A stretch of 64,000 bases of DNA from Eledone cirrhosa (lineage: Eukaryota). Each line of letters starts with the position of its first letter. The first letter of the stretch is position 1. Under the pieces are notes generated by a model. That model did not search any database. It saw nothing but the letters and a program-made list of their open reading frames with translations, and had not been told where the DNA came from. The position numbers and the translations under genes were made by a program. The stretch is from the NCBI GenBank assembly GCA_964016885.1, contig OZ024750.1:36146001-36210000 (forward strand), written 5' to 3'. Below are positions 27,690 to 39,269 of this stretch, piece after piece.

Positions 27690-28388
27690 AGTTACTGTTT
27701 TGAAGGCAAATTAAAGGTTGTTATATAAAATTACTTAGCTGTTGTTTAGAAGGCAAATTAAAGGTCATTGTATGAAGTTATGGCTGCCGAGATTAACTTT
27801 GTCTTTCATCCTTATGGGGTCGATAGAATAAAGTACCAGTGATGCACTGGGATAATTGCTGGCATTGTGCCAAAAGTAGAAACAATTATATAAAATTACT
27901 TAGCTGTTATTTAGAAGGCAAATCAAAGGTTGTTATATAAAATTATTTAGCTGTTATTTAGAAGGCAAATCAAAGGTTGTAATATAAAATTATTTAGCTG
28001 TTATTTAGAAGGCAAATCAAAGGTTGTTATATAAAATTATTTAGCTGTTATTTAGAAGGCAAATCAAAGGTTGTTATATAAAATTATTTAGCTGTTATTT
28101 AGAAGGCAAATCAAAGGTTGTTATATAAAATTATTTAGCTGTTATTTAGAAGGCAAATCAAAGGTTGTAATATAAAATTATTTAGCTGTTATTTAGAAGG
28201 CAAATCAAAGGTTGTTATATAAAATTATTTAGCTGTTATTTAGAAGGCAAATCAAAGGTTGTTATATAAAATTATTTAGCTGTTATTTAGAAGGCATATC
28301 AAAGGTTGTTATATAAAATTATTTAGCTGTTATTTAGAAGGCAAATCAAAGATTGTTATATACAATTATTTAGCTGTTATTTAGAAGG
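27690..28388. repeat. 47-bp minisatellite with SINE B fragment (about 27780-27890)
   Basis: Unit ATAAAATTATTTAGCTGTTATTTAGAAGGCAAATCAAAGGTTGTTAT. Confidence 0.93.
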
Positions 28389-28646
28389 ACTGGATGTACA
28401 GTTAGCACACTCTGGCCCTTCACTGCATGGATACCTGTCTAAAAAGCAATCCAGAGACAACAACAATCAATGCTTGCTGACTAACTGCCCCATCTGCGAT
28501 ACAGGTATGTGCCAGCGGACACATGTGGTATACCAGCGGACACATGTGGTATACCGGATTGAATGCAACAAATGTAAGGAGTTCTACATTGGTAGCACGA
28601 CTCGAGCGTTTCACACTCACATTAAAGAACACCTCAACACACATGC

Positions 28647-28850
28647 TAAAAAACACTTCATTTCACGTTGCTCCAGTATACTCAGCTGGAAATGAGTACC
28701 AGCAATAGCTGGCGGTTTAACCCTGCGATGGACTGGCTTCCTGTCCAGGGGGGGGGGAGTCTTGTACTCTCAGTCGCTTCACGCCATGAACCCAGGATAA
28801 GCACCGGCCAAATGAGCCTTCTGGCTCAAGACAGACTTTAGACTTTTAGA
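28647..28850 (+). mobile_element. 5'-truncated SINE family C inserted in the GIY-YIG ORF
   Basis: 12-bp TSD CAACACACATGC (28635-28646, 28851-28862); matches 3' part of 55374-55660. Confidence 0.9.
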
Positions 28851-29233
28851 CAACACACATGCATCCTCATTCAAAAAACACATTGACAAATGTAGAAACA
28901 TCAACGAACATATTACCGTTACCATTAAAGCCAGTGATAGAAATGTGGGCAACTTAAGAATTAAGAAAGCCTTGCTCATATGTAGACTCAACCCGTAAAT
29001 AAATAATAGACTAGAACTCAGCACACAGTACTTAACATAAAAAGACTCCCCAACAGGCACACAAACTAAACATCTCATACAAAAAGAAAATTGATTTCAT
29101 TGGCAATTGACATCATTCACGTGGAAAGTGAAGTAACCATCGAACAATGCTTGAAAACGACTTAGAAAATATTTAAATCAAGATTTAATCCTAAAGAGAG
29201 AAAATTGGAATATTATCCACTGAAGGCTCCTTA

Positions 29234-29274
29234 AACCCTGATGAAGGAACTTTTAGGTCCCGAAATATTGGACA
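29234..29274 (+). ncRNA. minimal hammerhead motif in the PLE terminal repeat (degenerate stems)
   Basis: CTGATGA-AGGAAC-TTTTA-GGTCCC-GAAATATT; homologous to 60620 and 49265. Confidence 0.65.
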
Positions 29275-29721
29275 GATAAAAGAACTACAACAACAACCAC
29301 AAAACAAAACAAGGATTACTAGGTAACCTTTACTTTTCGTTACCTCATCTGACAGTCCATTTTTGCATTGTTTAGCCTTCTATATATTTCAATGTTATAT
29401 TTCAATGTTATATATTATATAGAATGCTTCAAGCAAACTATAACATTTATAAAGAATATTCATGTTTAATCAAGAGCTATGAAATTTTGTAGATAAATTA
29501 CATAATATTCATTCATGATTTATTCAAAGTAAGCCAACTTATTTTGATAATGTGTTCAGAAAAAAATATCCCTGACACGGTCTCACAGTCCTCCAATCAT
29601 ATTTTCGATAGTAATGACAGTTTAGCTACAATATAAAACAATACAACTAATAAAATAGTATTACTTATACTTTTGTATAAATACTTTAAAACAAACTCCC
29701 TAAACAAGTTAACATTCTTAA

Positions 29722-30112
29722 TAATTGTTTCTACTTTTGGCACAAGGCCAGCAATTATCCCAGTGTATTACTGGTACTTTATTTTATCGACCCCCGTAAG
29801 GATGAAAGGCAAAGTTAACCTCAGCGGGATTTGAACTCAGATCTTAAAGGGCCATAACTCTATGCTACAAAGCATGGTGTCCGACTCTCTACCGATACTG
29901 ACAATCCACTGAACATTCTTAATAATTGTTTCTACTTTTGGCACAAGGCCAGCAATTACCCAATGCATTACTGGTACTTTATTTGATCGACCCCGTGAGG
30001 ATGAAAGGCAAAGTTAACCTCGGCGGGATTTGAACTCAGATCATACAGGGAGGTAACTCTATGCTTCAAAGCATGGCATCCGATCCTCTACCGATACTGC
30101 CAATCCACCACT
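29722..30112 (-). mobile_element. two head-to-tail SINE B copies
   Basis: Separated and flanked by three copies of AACATTCTTAATAAT. Confidence 0.9.
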
Positions 30113-30562
30113 GAACATTCTTAATAATGATTTCTGAAAACCCCTGAAGTTGCTGTTATTTGGAAAGCTTCCCACATTTTCTTCAAAATCTTGATTATCC
30201 TATTTTGAGTAACTCAACAATCTCTCTAACTGTCTCTTGGAGAATGAGGTTCAATTAGGGTTACAATTAGGTTCTTTTTCCTTCAATTTAGTATTGTTGG
30301 GTGGGTTTATTTTATATAGGAACGAAGAATACATACTTATAATAGAGAGCTTCAATTAAGAAGTACATGGCCTAGTGTTTATAGTGTCGAACTCATGATA
30401 AAGTCATGTGTTTGATTCCTGGACTGGATGGGATGGCGCATTGTGTTCTTGTACAAAATACTTTACTCTTTATTTCACGTTGCTCCTTCTGGCAGGAGAT
30501 GCTACTGGTAGACAGTATCAGCAATGGACAGACCAATGGAAACATTGTTCCCTTGGTCCGAT

Positions 30563-30883
30563 CTGATGATGATGATGATCATCATCATTTCATTTTACGT
30601 CCGCTTTTTCCCTGCTTGCAAGGGTGGGACGGGAACTGATGCTGGCTTGATTTCTACAGCTGGATGCCCTTCCTAACACCAACCTCATTTTACAGTGAGT
30701 GCTGGGTGCTTTTTTGCCGTGGCACCTCCACGACCACTTTGCAGTGGAATGATATGGACCCCAGTCCCTATCATCTCATTTCTACAGCTGAGTAAACTGG
30801 AGCAATGTGAAATAAAGTGTCTTGCTCAAAGAAACAACACATCACCCGGTCTGAGATTTGAACTCACAACGTTTCGATTGCAA
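30563..30883 (-). mobile_element. SINE family A (head truncated), tail-to-tail with a degenerate CORE SINE at about 30361-30560
   Basis: Reverse complement of family A consensus. Confidence 0.88.
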
Positions 30884-31284
30884 GATCATAAAATAAAAAA
30901 AAATATATATGGTTAATTTCTATGGAACAACTTCCTTTGAGTTATTCAACAGACATGTAGCTGGTGTAATATTCCATACAGATTCGTACGAGCAAGATGG
31001 GGTCTCCAGACTTGACTTGTCTCATAATCTGACAAACCATCAAACCCATGCAAGCATGGATAAATAGATGTTAAATGATGATGATGGAAAGTGACATGCT
31101 GCTGGCTTAATACTGTTGATAGAAGTATAAAGACTAAAGAACTGATGTGGAAAGACTGTGGACAACAGAGAATAATTGTTTCTACTTTTGGCACAAGGCC
31201 AGAAATTATCCCAGTGCATTACTGGTACTGGACTAAAGAACTGTTGTGGTAGAGCAAGAGGAGATGACTTTGATATTGAAAATG

Positions 31285-31892
31285 GCATATTGTGGATGAC
31301 TAGAATATTGATGACTAGTATATTGTGGATGACTAGTATATTGATGACTAATATATTGGTGTGGATACTAAAGTATTGATGGCTAATAGTTTGGGTGGAT
31401 AACTAATATATTGATGACTAGTATATTGGGGTGGATGACTAAAGTATTGATGATTAATATATTGGGGTGGATGACTAAAGTGTTGATGGCTAGTATATTG
31501 GGGTGGGTGACTAGTCTATTGATGACTAATATAATGTGGATGACTAGTATATTGTGGTAGATGGCTAGTATATTCTGATGGATGGCTAGTATATTGATGA
31601 CTAGTATATTGTGGTGGATGACTAATATATCGAGGTGGATTGCTAGTATATTGGGATGGATGGCTAGTATATTGATTAATATATTGGTGTGGATGACTAA
31701 AGTATTGATGGCCAATAGATTGGGTGGATGACTAATATATTGATGACTAGTATAATGGGGTGGATGAGTAAAGTATTGATGATTAATATATTGAGGTAGA
31801 TTGCTAGTATATTGGGATGGGTGGCTAGTATATTTATGATTAATATTTTGTGGATGTCTAGTACATTGATGACTAATATATTGTGGATGACC
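31285..31892. repeat. degenerate minisatellite (GGATGACTAGTATATTG core)
   Basis: Variable-length units. Confidence 0.9.
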
Positions 31893-31995
31893 CAATCATC
31901 CATCAAGAATTTAAAGACATTTCTAAGTGCTGTTACTTCTGTTAATATCCTTATAAAACAATCTTCCTTTTATTACACACCAAAAAATATACTTA

Positions 31996-32899
31996 TCTAT
32001 ATATATAAAACTGAGGATGTCTGTCTGTCTGTGTGTGTGTGTTTGAATCCCTAAAACTCGAGAACCACCCAAACTTTACACATGTAATACTTACGTTTCA
32101 GGGAGTGTTCTGACCCCCCAAAAAATTTAAATTTTCAATGTGCTAAGGACCACATTGGGCGATTTAGCGATCTCTCTCTATAATTCTTAGTCTTTCTCTT
32201 TTTAGATAGATACATACATATAACGTCGCGCCCTTATAATATCTGTCTGTATGTCTGCATTACATCACTTCCCTGAGGATGTGTGTGTGTGTGTCTGTGA
32301 GTTTGAATCGATAAAACTCGAGAAGTACCCAACCGTTTTTCTTTCAAACTTTACATGATATTTACTTATGTTTCAGGGAATGTTATGCACATAAACAAAT
32401 TCAACTTTTTGAGCTCCTAGGGCCCGCATTAGATGAAAAACTGCGTTGTTTAAGCTTTTTAGGGATTTTTTGAGGCGTTACGTCAGACCGATTTCCTTAA
32501 AATTGTAACTATGTATTAGCCAGTCTCTTCTTCATACTGTGAGCAAAGAAAATCCAACTTTTTTATGGCCTAGGGCCCGCATTAGGTGAAAAACTTCATT
32601 TTTTCAGCTTTTTAGAGCTTTTTGGAGGCGTTACGTCTAGCTGATTTTCCCGAAATTTCAAGGCATATTATGCACATAAAAAAAATTCATTTTCTTGATC
32701 CCCTTGAGGCCCACATTAGGTGAAAACCTGCATTTTTCCTGCTTCATCGAGGAAAATCTTAAAGATTATCCAGCCATCAGAGTATTCGGGTTATTTTCTT
32801 TACATATTGTCCAGGCATGCAGTTTTTCCACGATTAGGTCTGTTGGCGGCCCGCCTTCCAAAATACCTTATCCCATGCAACGCCGGGTACCACTGCTAG
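31996..32899 (+). mobile_element. non-autonomous Helitron-type element
   Basis: 5' TC, 3' CTAG, inserted between A and T, subterminal CCCATGCAACGCCGGG hairpin, internal subrepeats; shorter copy at 60767. Confidence 0.85.
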
Positions 32900-33576
32900 T
32901 TATGTATAAGCCTCTCGTCCTCAAATGGAGCAAAACTATTTTTTTGTCTTTAAGAGATTCTTCTATTGGCCATGACAAATAACATTCCATATAGCTCTAT
33001 ACAAGCATTGAAAAACATTTTCAGATATTAGCCTACTCATTTAATAAACAGTCCTCATTAATCTTGTTGTTTATATTCTTTTCAGTTAGATTTTGATAGG
33101 CAATACAACTATCCATGCTTTCATGAACATCTGGAAGAACATTGAAATCTTTCTTGACCTTAGTAAGTTTCTATGTAATACCTTTATTGATCTTCAGAAT
33201 ATTTGATTCTATTGATCAGAAAATATTTTTAGACAACCTCACATGCAACATTATAGTATTTGTGGTCTAGTTAATTGTGCTTGAGGTCATACATAACAAC
33301 AATTTATCAATATCTATTTCTCTCTTTTCTCTTTAACAGATTTTCATTTGATTTCATGTAAAAGTCTACCAATCATGTGTTAACAGAATGAAATTGTCTG
33401 TCTTATATTATATCTGTTGTATATTAATAATTTATTTACATTGAGCTGTTAATTATTGAATATTCAGTCCAGAAAAGGTTAAACTTTTAAAACTCTCAAA
33501 TTTCTAAAAGTATTTTCAAATACATCTCACCAGCAATTAAGTTTATTACATCAGTGTATATTTGTAAGTTACTATT

Positions 33577-33730
33577 TTAACCCTTCAGCATTTAAACTGG
33601 CCATATCCAGCCAGAATTCTCTCACTTCTTCTGTTCAAACCAGCTGTAACTGGCCACTCATACTTATGAAGGCATTGTTCTCAAAATAAATAATATGAAG
33701 ATCTCATAGCTTCGATAACATTAGAGTAAC
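33577..33730. mobile_element. piggyBac-like MITE fragment followed by SINE B (33745-33850, minus)
   Basis: TTAACCCTTCAGCATTTAAACTGG start. Confidence 0.75.
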
Positions 33731-34068
33731 ATTATTTCAAATTCCGCCAAGGTTAACTTTGCGTTTCATCCTTACCGGGTTGATAAAATAAAGTACCAGT
33801 AATACACTGGGTAATTGCTGGCCTTGTGCCAAAAGTAGAAACAATTATTTGATGATGATGATGACGACGACGACGAAATAATACAGCAATGATCAGCTTA
33901 TATCTGTAACTATATATGTCAAATTCTATATCTATTCCTCTCATATAATCAAACAAACTGGGCTATTGGAAATAAAGTAAATTTACCAAGGATACAAATA
34001 GGATGTATATTTTGCTGACATTTCAACTAACTCAAATAAATGGTACACCAGGATTATATTTTTAAAGT

Positions 34069-34639
34069 TTAACCCTTTTGTTACCAGCCTGTCCAAAACC
34101 AGCTCTGGTTCTATGAAATAAAACCACCCATTTTAAAGCTTTCTAATAAAGATCTTCCCACATAATTTCATATAAGAACCTTACTATCTTAATAATGGAA
34201 TCATTTCATTTCATTTCATTTTACGTCCGCTTTTCCCTGCTTGCAAGGGTGGGACGGGAACTGATTCTGGCTTGATTTCTACAGCTGGATGCCCTTCCTA
34301 ACACCAACCTCATTTACAGTGAGTGCTGGGTGCTTTTTTGCCGTGGCACCTCCACGACCACTTTGCAGTGGAATGATAGGGACCCCAGTCCCTATCATCT
34401 CATTTCTACAGCTGAGTAAACTGGAGCAATGTGAAATAAAGTGTCTTGCTCAAGGAAACAACACATCACCCGGTCTGAGAATTGAACTCACAACCTTTCG
34501 ATTGCAAGGCCAATGCTCTAACCACTAAGCCATGTGCCTCCATATAATAATGAATAATTTTCGTAAATCCCTCAAAATTCGTCATTAACTAATTGAAATA
34601 GAATATATTTCATTAGAAATATGGTAATGAAATGGTTAA
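34069..34639. mobile_element. second TTAA-flanked MITE family with nested SINE A (34201-34542, minus)
   Basis: TTAACCCTTTTGTTACC ... GGTAATGAAATGGTTAA imperfect terminal inverted repeats. Confidence 0.7.
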
Positions 34640-36049
34640 GATAGTGAAGCAGCACTTCTTGAGTTAAAATATATTTATTTATTTTTATTTTTAGACAATA
34701 TCTTAATAGTTTCTTATAACCAGCATTGATTTTGATTCATTATCACAAGAATTTGTAGGAAGATGGAAAAAAATTAACGTAAGGAAGCTGTTAAAATAGC
34801 AAATTGCCATCGAAACGGCATTACCTTGAATCATAGAAATCAGTGGCTCAAAGTCAGTTGGTTTGTAGAATTGATAGGAAGGAAGAAATAGAATGGCGGA
34901 TAGGAGATCACAAACATTTAAATATACTCATCAGCTTTCAGACCACCTGCAGTTTTGACGATTTGACTGAAGGGACTGCTAAGGATAAGTGGTTTGTAAC
35001 AATGGAGAAAGCTATTGTAGCCTTATATTGCGGAGAAAAAAAAATGTTTAAATCTTCACTTGTAATTGATGTAAGGAAATATGCTCTTAATTTTTAGCTT
35101 ACTTTTACTATAATCGTTTATATTTACTTTAGTTATCACAATTTCTATCTCCAACAAGAATATTTGTATGCTTTTGTATCTTCACTGTTTGATTTTGATT
35201 TACTATTCAATAAATTAAACAAATCAAATAGGCATTAATTAATGAGTAAATGTTAATTAAAAGATAAGAGTTGAAAATATTTTGCTTGAATAATTTTCTA
35301 ATGTTAATTCTTTCTTAAAATATTCATAGTATAATTATATATAAAAAAATATATATCTGTTATCAAAGAAATATGTGAGAAACTATGGAGCAGTTTAATA
35401 TCAAAGAATTTTACCAAACAATGGTCGATTCTTTGAAGGTGTTAGAAGCTATGTTGCTGTTGAATTAAATTTGATTAACACGAGAATAGAAATATCTTCT
35501 GAATTTTGTATAGAGTGGTAAAATTAATTACTACTATGCATTGAAATTATTTTAATTAAAGAATATTAAATCAATAGAAGACATATTTAAAGAGATGTTG
35601 GTTCCAATAAAGATACGTTGTTTTTTTTAAAGATTCCTATCAGTTCCTGCTAATTCTTACTAATTACATTACATGGTAAAACATTTTTTTTCTGCTATGG
35701 TCTAAATCACTGCCTTGTAACATTTTGTAAATACAATACAGAAAATGTGTGTGAGTGTGTGTGGTAAAAGATAGTACATGTAAAATCATGTTTGTACTGT
35801 AGGAGGGTTATGTTGCCAATAAAATGCACACTGTTTATATTTCACTTAAATTTTATTTTCAATTAATTAAATAATTGGTTAATTAATTATTAAATAAATT
35901 CTTTAGTTCATTGATCAGTTTGAGAAAATTTTGTCATCCCAACCTGTGACCTTATTTATGATGGTATGTGTCTCATGACAGTAGGTAAGGGCTGGCTTGA
36001 ATACCAAATTGAAGATAGCAAGTTTGGCTTTTAAGCCTACCTCCCTTCT

Positions 36050-36420
36050 TTTGATTACCAAATGCTGAAGCTAGCGCATTACTGTGACCAAAAGAATGCG
36101 ATTGTGAATACAAGTGGCTGAAATGGGGTTCCTCAGAAGGGTCCTTGGAGTACTGTTATTCGATAGAGTGCACAGCTCAGAGATCAGAGAGTCACTCCAG
36201 GTAGAGCCGCTACTTCTCCAAATTGAGAGATAACAGCTCCGATACTAAGGACGTGGTTAGAATGTCTCAGGAAAGAATTGATAGACAGATTTTATGGGTA
36301 AAACCAACTGGCATGAGACCCAGGGGTAGACCCCGAGCAAGATGGTTGGATAACATCTATGAGCTTGGTTGGTCTTGCTTGGAGATCCAACCGACAGGAC
36401 CTGCTGGAGGGAGTGTTTGA
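36050..36420 (+). mobile_element. RTE LINE ORF 3' fragment
   Basis: AEMGFLRRVLG...SSEIRESLQVEPLLL...RPRGRPRARWLDNI. Confidence 0.8.
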
Positions 36421-36691
36421 GAACTCTGCTCTCAAAAATAAGTGGACAAAGAAGAAGAAAAAGATGTATCTCATATATCTTCTCTGTGCTATCTGTCACA
36501 CCTTATTCTGTGTTTGTATTGTCTGAGGAGGAGATTGGCAATGGAGTCAGGTCTATAACTTCTATGGGTGACCCTGAACCAATCCTCTGCAAAACATGAA
36601 TAACAGGTCGATACACAATAAAATAATAAATACATATAAACAAAACTTCATCATTTTATATATGTGTGTGTGTGTGTGCGTGTATGTGTAT

Positions 36692-36721
<30 letters not shown>

Positions 36722-36722
<1 letters not shown>

Positions 36723-37338
36723 AGCAGAAGTACCTAACTATAGGTAAACCTGTCGACTTGGCTTTTGTGGACCTTCAGAAAGCTTTTGACAGAGACCCCC
36801 GTTCCATTATCTGCTGGGCTCTTAGAAAACTAGGAATAGATAATTGGCTGTGAGTGCAGTACAAGCCATGTATAGAGGAACAGTCAGCAAGGTTAGAATT
36901 AACAATGAATATAGCGAAGAATTTAGTGTGCAGGTTGGTGTACATCAGGCCTCAGTTCTTAGCCCTTTCCTAATTATTATTGTCCTGCAGGCAATATCAG
37001 AGGAGTTTAAGACTGGCTACCCATGTGAACTCCTGTATACAGATGACCTAACCCCTATAGCTGAATTAAAGATGAATTTCCAAACCTGGCATGGCCTAGA
37101 ATCAAAAGGTCTTAAAGTCAACTTGACAAAGACTAAAGTTCTAGTAAGTAGAAAGGAAAACAGAGCCCAGATCTCGTCAGGGAAATGGCCATTCTCAGTG
37201 TGCAGAAAAGTACTAGGTAGAAATTCCATCCTATGTCCCAAATGCAAATTAGGGGTAGACAAGAGATGTAGAGGAATCTCAGAGAAGCTAACAAAGAACA
37301 TAGGTTTCACATGTGACTGGTGCACAGGGATTGAGTGA
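36722..37338 (+). mobile_element. RTE LINE reverse-transcriptase fragment
   Basis: LAFVDLQKAFDR, VGVHQASVLSPFL, LLYTDD, GLKVNLTKTKVL, Cys-rich tail; frameshifted. Confidence 0.9.
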
Positions 37339-37654
37339 TTCATTTCTACTGTTTTAAGCCAAATTTTAGTTCATCTTCATCTATATACTACTAAAACTTT
37401 GTGATTGTGTGATTGTCTGTAATTTAATACAGCCAAAACAGCGCATAATAGGAAAATACTTTGAAAGGAAGTTGCCCCTGAAATGGGAATACAAATGGAA
37501 TAAAGCAAATTTTGCGTAAATCAGAACAGGGGTTCCCGAGATATGGGATTTTTCCAGGTACCTTCATAAATATAAAGAGAGAAAGATAGTGGTTGTGAAA
37601 GAGTAAATTGAAAGAGAGACATAGAGAGAAAATATGTATACACACACACACATA

Positions 37655-37692
<38 letters not shown>

Positions 37693-38584
37693 GGCCTTTT
37701 CATTTCATTTTACATTATATACATGTCTGTGTATATTTTAATTATGTGGCCTAGTAAAATATATAAAAGTAAACAACAATATATTTATACTTCATTTATA
37801 AATATATCTAAATCTTCTTGTCGTATGGCAATAGTTAGGGAGGCGGCAGGTTGAAACTGGTGAGCTAGACCAAGCCATCATTTACAGCATTATGGATTGC
37901 CTCCAGGCCACCTGGAAAATGTATGAGGGGGCAATCCCGAACAACATGCGTTACTGTCTGGTCAGGGTCCCCATAGCCACAAGCTGGCCTGTCTTTCGTA
38001 CATATTTAGATATATCGATATATGCACATTGCTCGATATATCTAAATATATTTTATACTTAAAACTATACCTGATACAACAAATTGTAACTTAAATACCA
38101 TGTCTTATGTGGCTAGAATGTTCCTATATTCTACAAGAGAATAGTTGGATATTAACTGTAGGATCATAGCTGATTCTCCAGAGAATAGATGTAAATTTCT
38201 GCTGAGTTATGTCTGTGATTAATTTTACTTTCTGAGTTGTATCCATTTCTCCAGAATTAAGCTTAAGTTACTCATATCTATACGTAGAACATAAGCATCA
38301 TATCTCTTTAACATAGAAGCTGTAAGCTTCATGTTAGTACGCCATCACACAAATATAGCCTTCCCAGTTAATGTATGATATAATAGCAAGGTATATCTCA
38401 TTACAGGTATGCTAAGGAAATAAAGTAAATTTTGGAAATTCTATCTATTTTTACTTTTATGTTTTTTCTGAGATTATGTTTTCAATTCCCTTCAAGTCTC
38501 AATCAGAATAACCAAACCGTTTAGTTATTACATATGAGAGTTAAAACGTCACAGCTCTGATAATGGCATCTATGTTGTAGTTAT

Positions 38585-38835
38585 TACCAGTAATGTACTG
38601 GGTAATTGCTGGCCTTGTGCCTAAAGTAGAAACAATTATTATTTTTATGGTGGATTGGCAGTATCGGTAGAGGGTCGGACGCCATGCTTTCCAGCATAGT
38701 TAGGTCCCTTTATGATCTGAGTTCAAATCCCGCTGAGGTTGACTTTGCCTTTCATCCTTACGGGGTCGATAAAATAAAGTACCAGTAATGCACTGGGTAA
38801 TTGCTGGCCTTGTGCCTAAAGTAGAAACAATTATT
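38585..38835 (+). mobile_element. SINE B tail plus full SINE B in tandem
   Basis: Family B consensus. Confidence 0.85.
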
Positions 38836-38869
38836 TTTATTATTATAATTATTGATAAAAAAAAATAAG

Positions 38870-39240
38870 AAAGAAAACATTATTATTATTATTGATATTG
38901 CGATCCCTCAAGATCACAGTATGGTTGAAAAGGAAATAGAAAATATCAATATGTATGCAGACATTGCTGGTGTTATTAGAGCTGAACACAATGTAGAGAC
39001 AGAAGTCATGCCAAACATCATTGACGCACATGGCACAGTCGCTAAATGTCCAACATCTTTCATCAAAAGCCTTGGGATCTTTAACTTCATAGGCAGTGCC
39101 CAAATTTCTACCATCACCCGCACTGTCAGAATTCTATGTGATATATTGAGCCTCTGAGACCAGGAACTGATCTGAGGCCAATTAACACACTTTAGCTAGC
39201 AACTAAATTGCTAGAGAAACCTTACAAAAGGGAGAAAAAA
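38870..39240 (+). mobile_element. R4/Dong-type (RLE) retroelement 3' fragment
   Basis: IIIDIAIPQDHSMVEKEIENINMY...QISTITRTVRILCDILSL. Confidence 0.75.
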
Positions 39241-39269
39241 AATATTGTTATTATTGTTATTTCCATTAT

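Larger units (their letters stand above)
28388..29450 (+). mobile_element. Penelope-like element 3' fossil: Cys linker, GIY-YIG endonuclease, terminal repeat
   Basis: CLLTNCPICDTGMCQRTHVVYRIECNKCKEFYIGSTTRAFHTHIKEH; after removing the SINE it continues ASSFKKHIDKC...LRIKKALLICRLNP*INNRLEL; hammerhead motif downstream. Confidence 0.88.

Noticed and set aside
27088-34778. Plus-strand mini-exon candidates (27088-27160, 33090-33162, 34725-34778; also 48241-48272)
   Set aside because: Splice-like signals are common in AT-rich DNA; joined peptide unrecognisable and phases not consistently compatible
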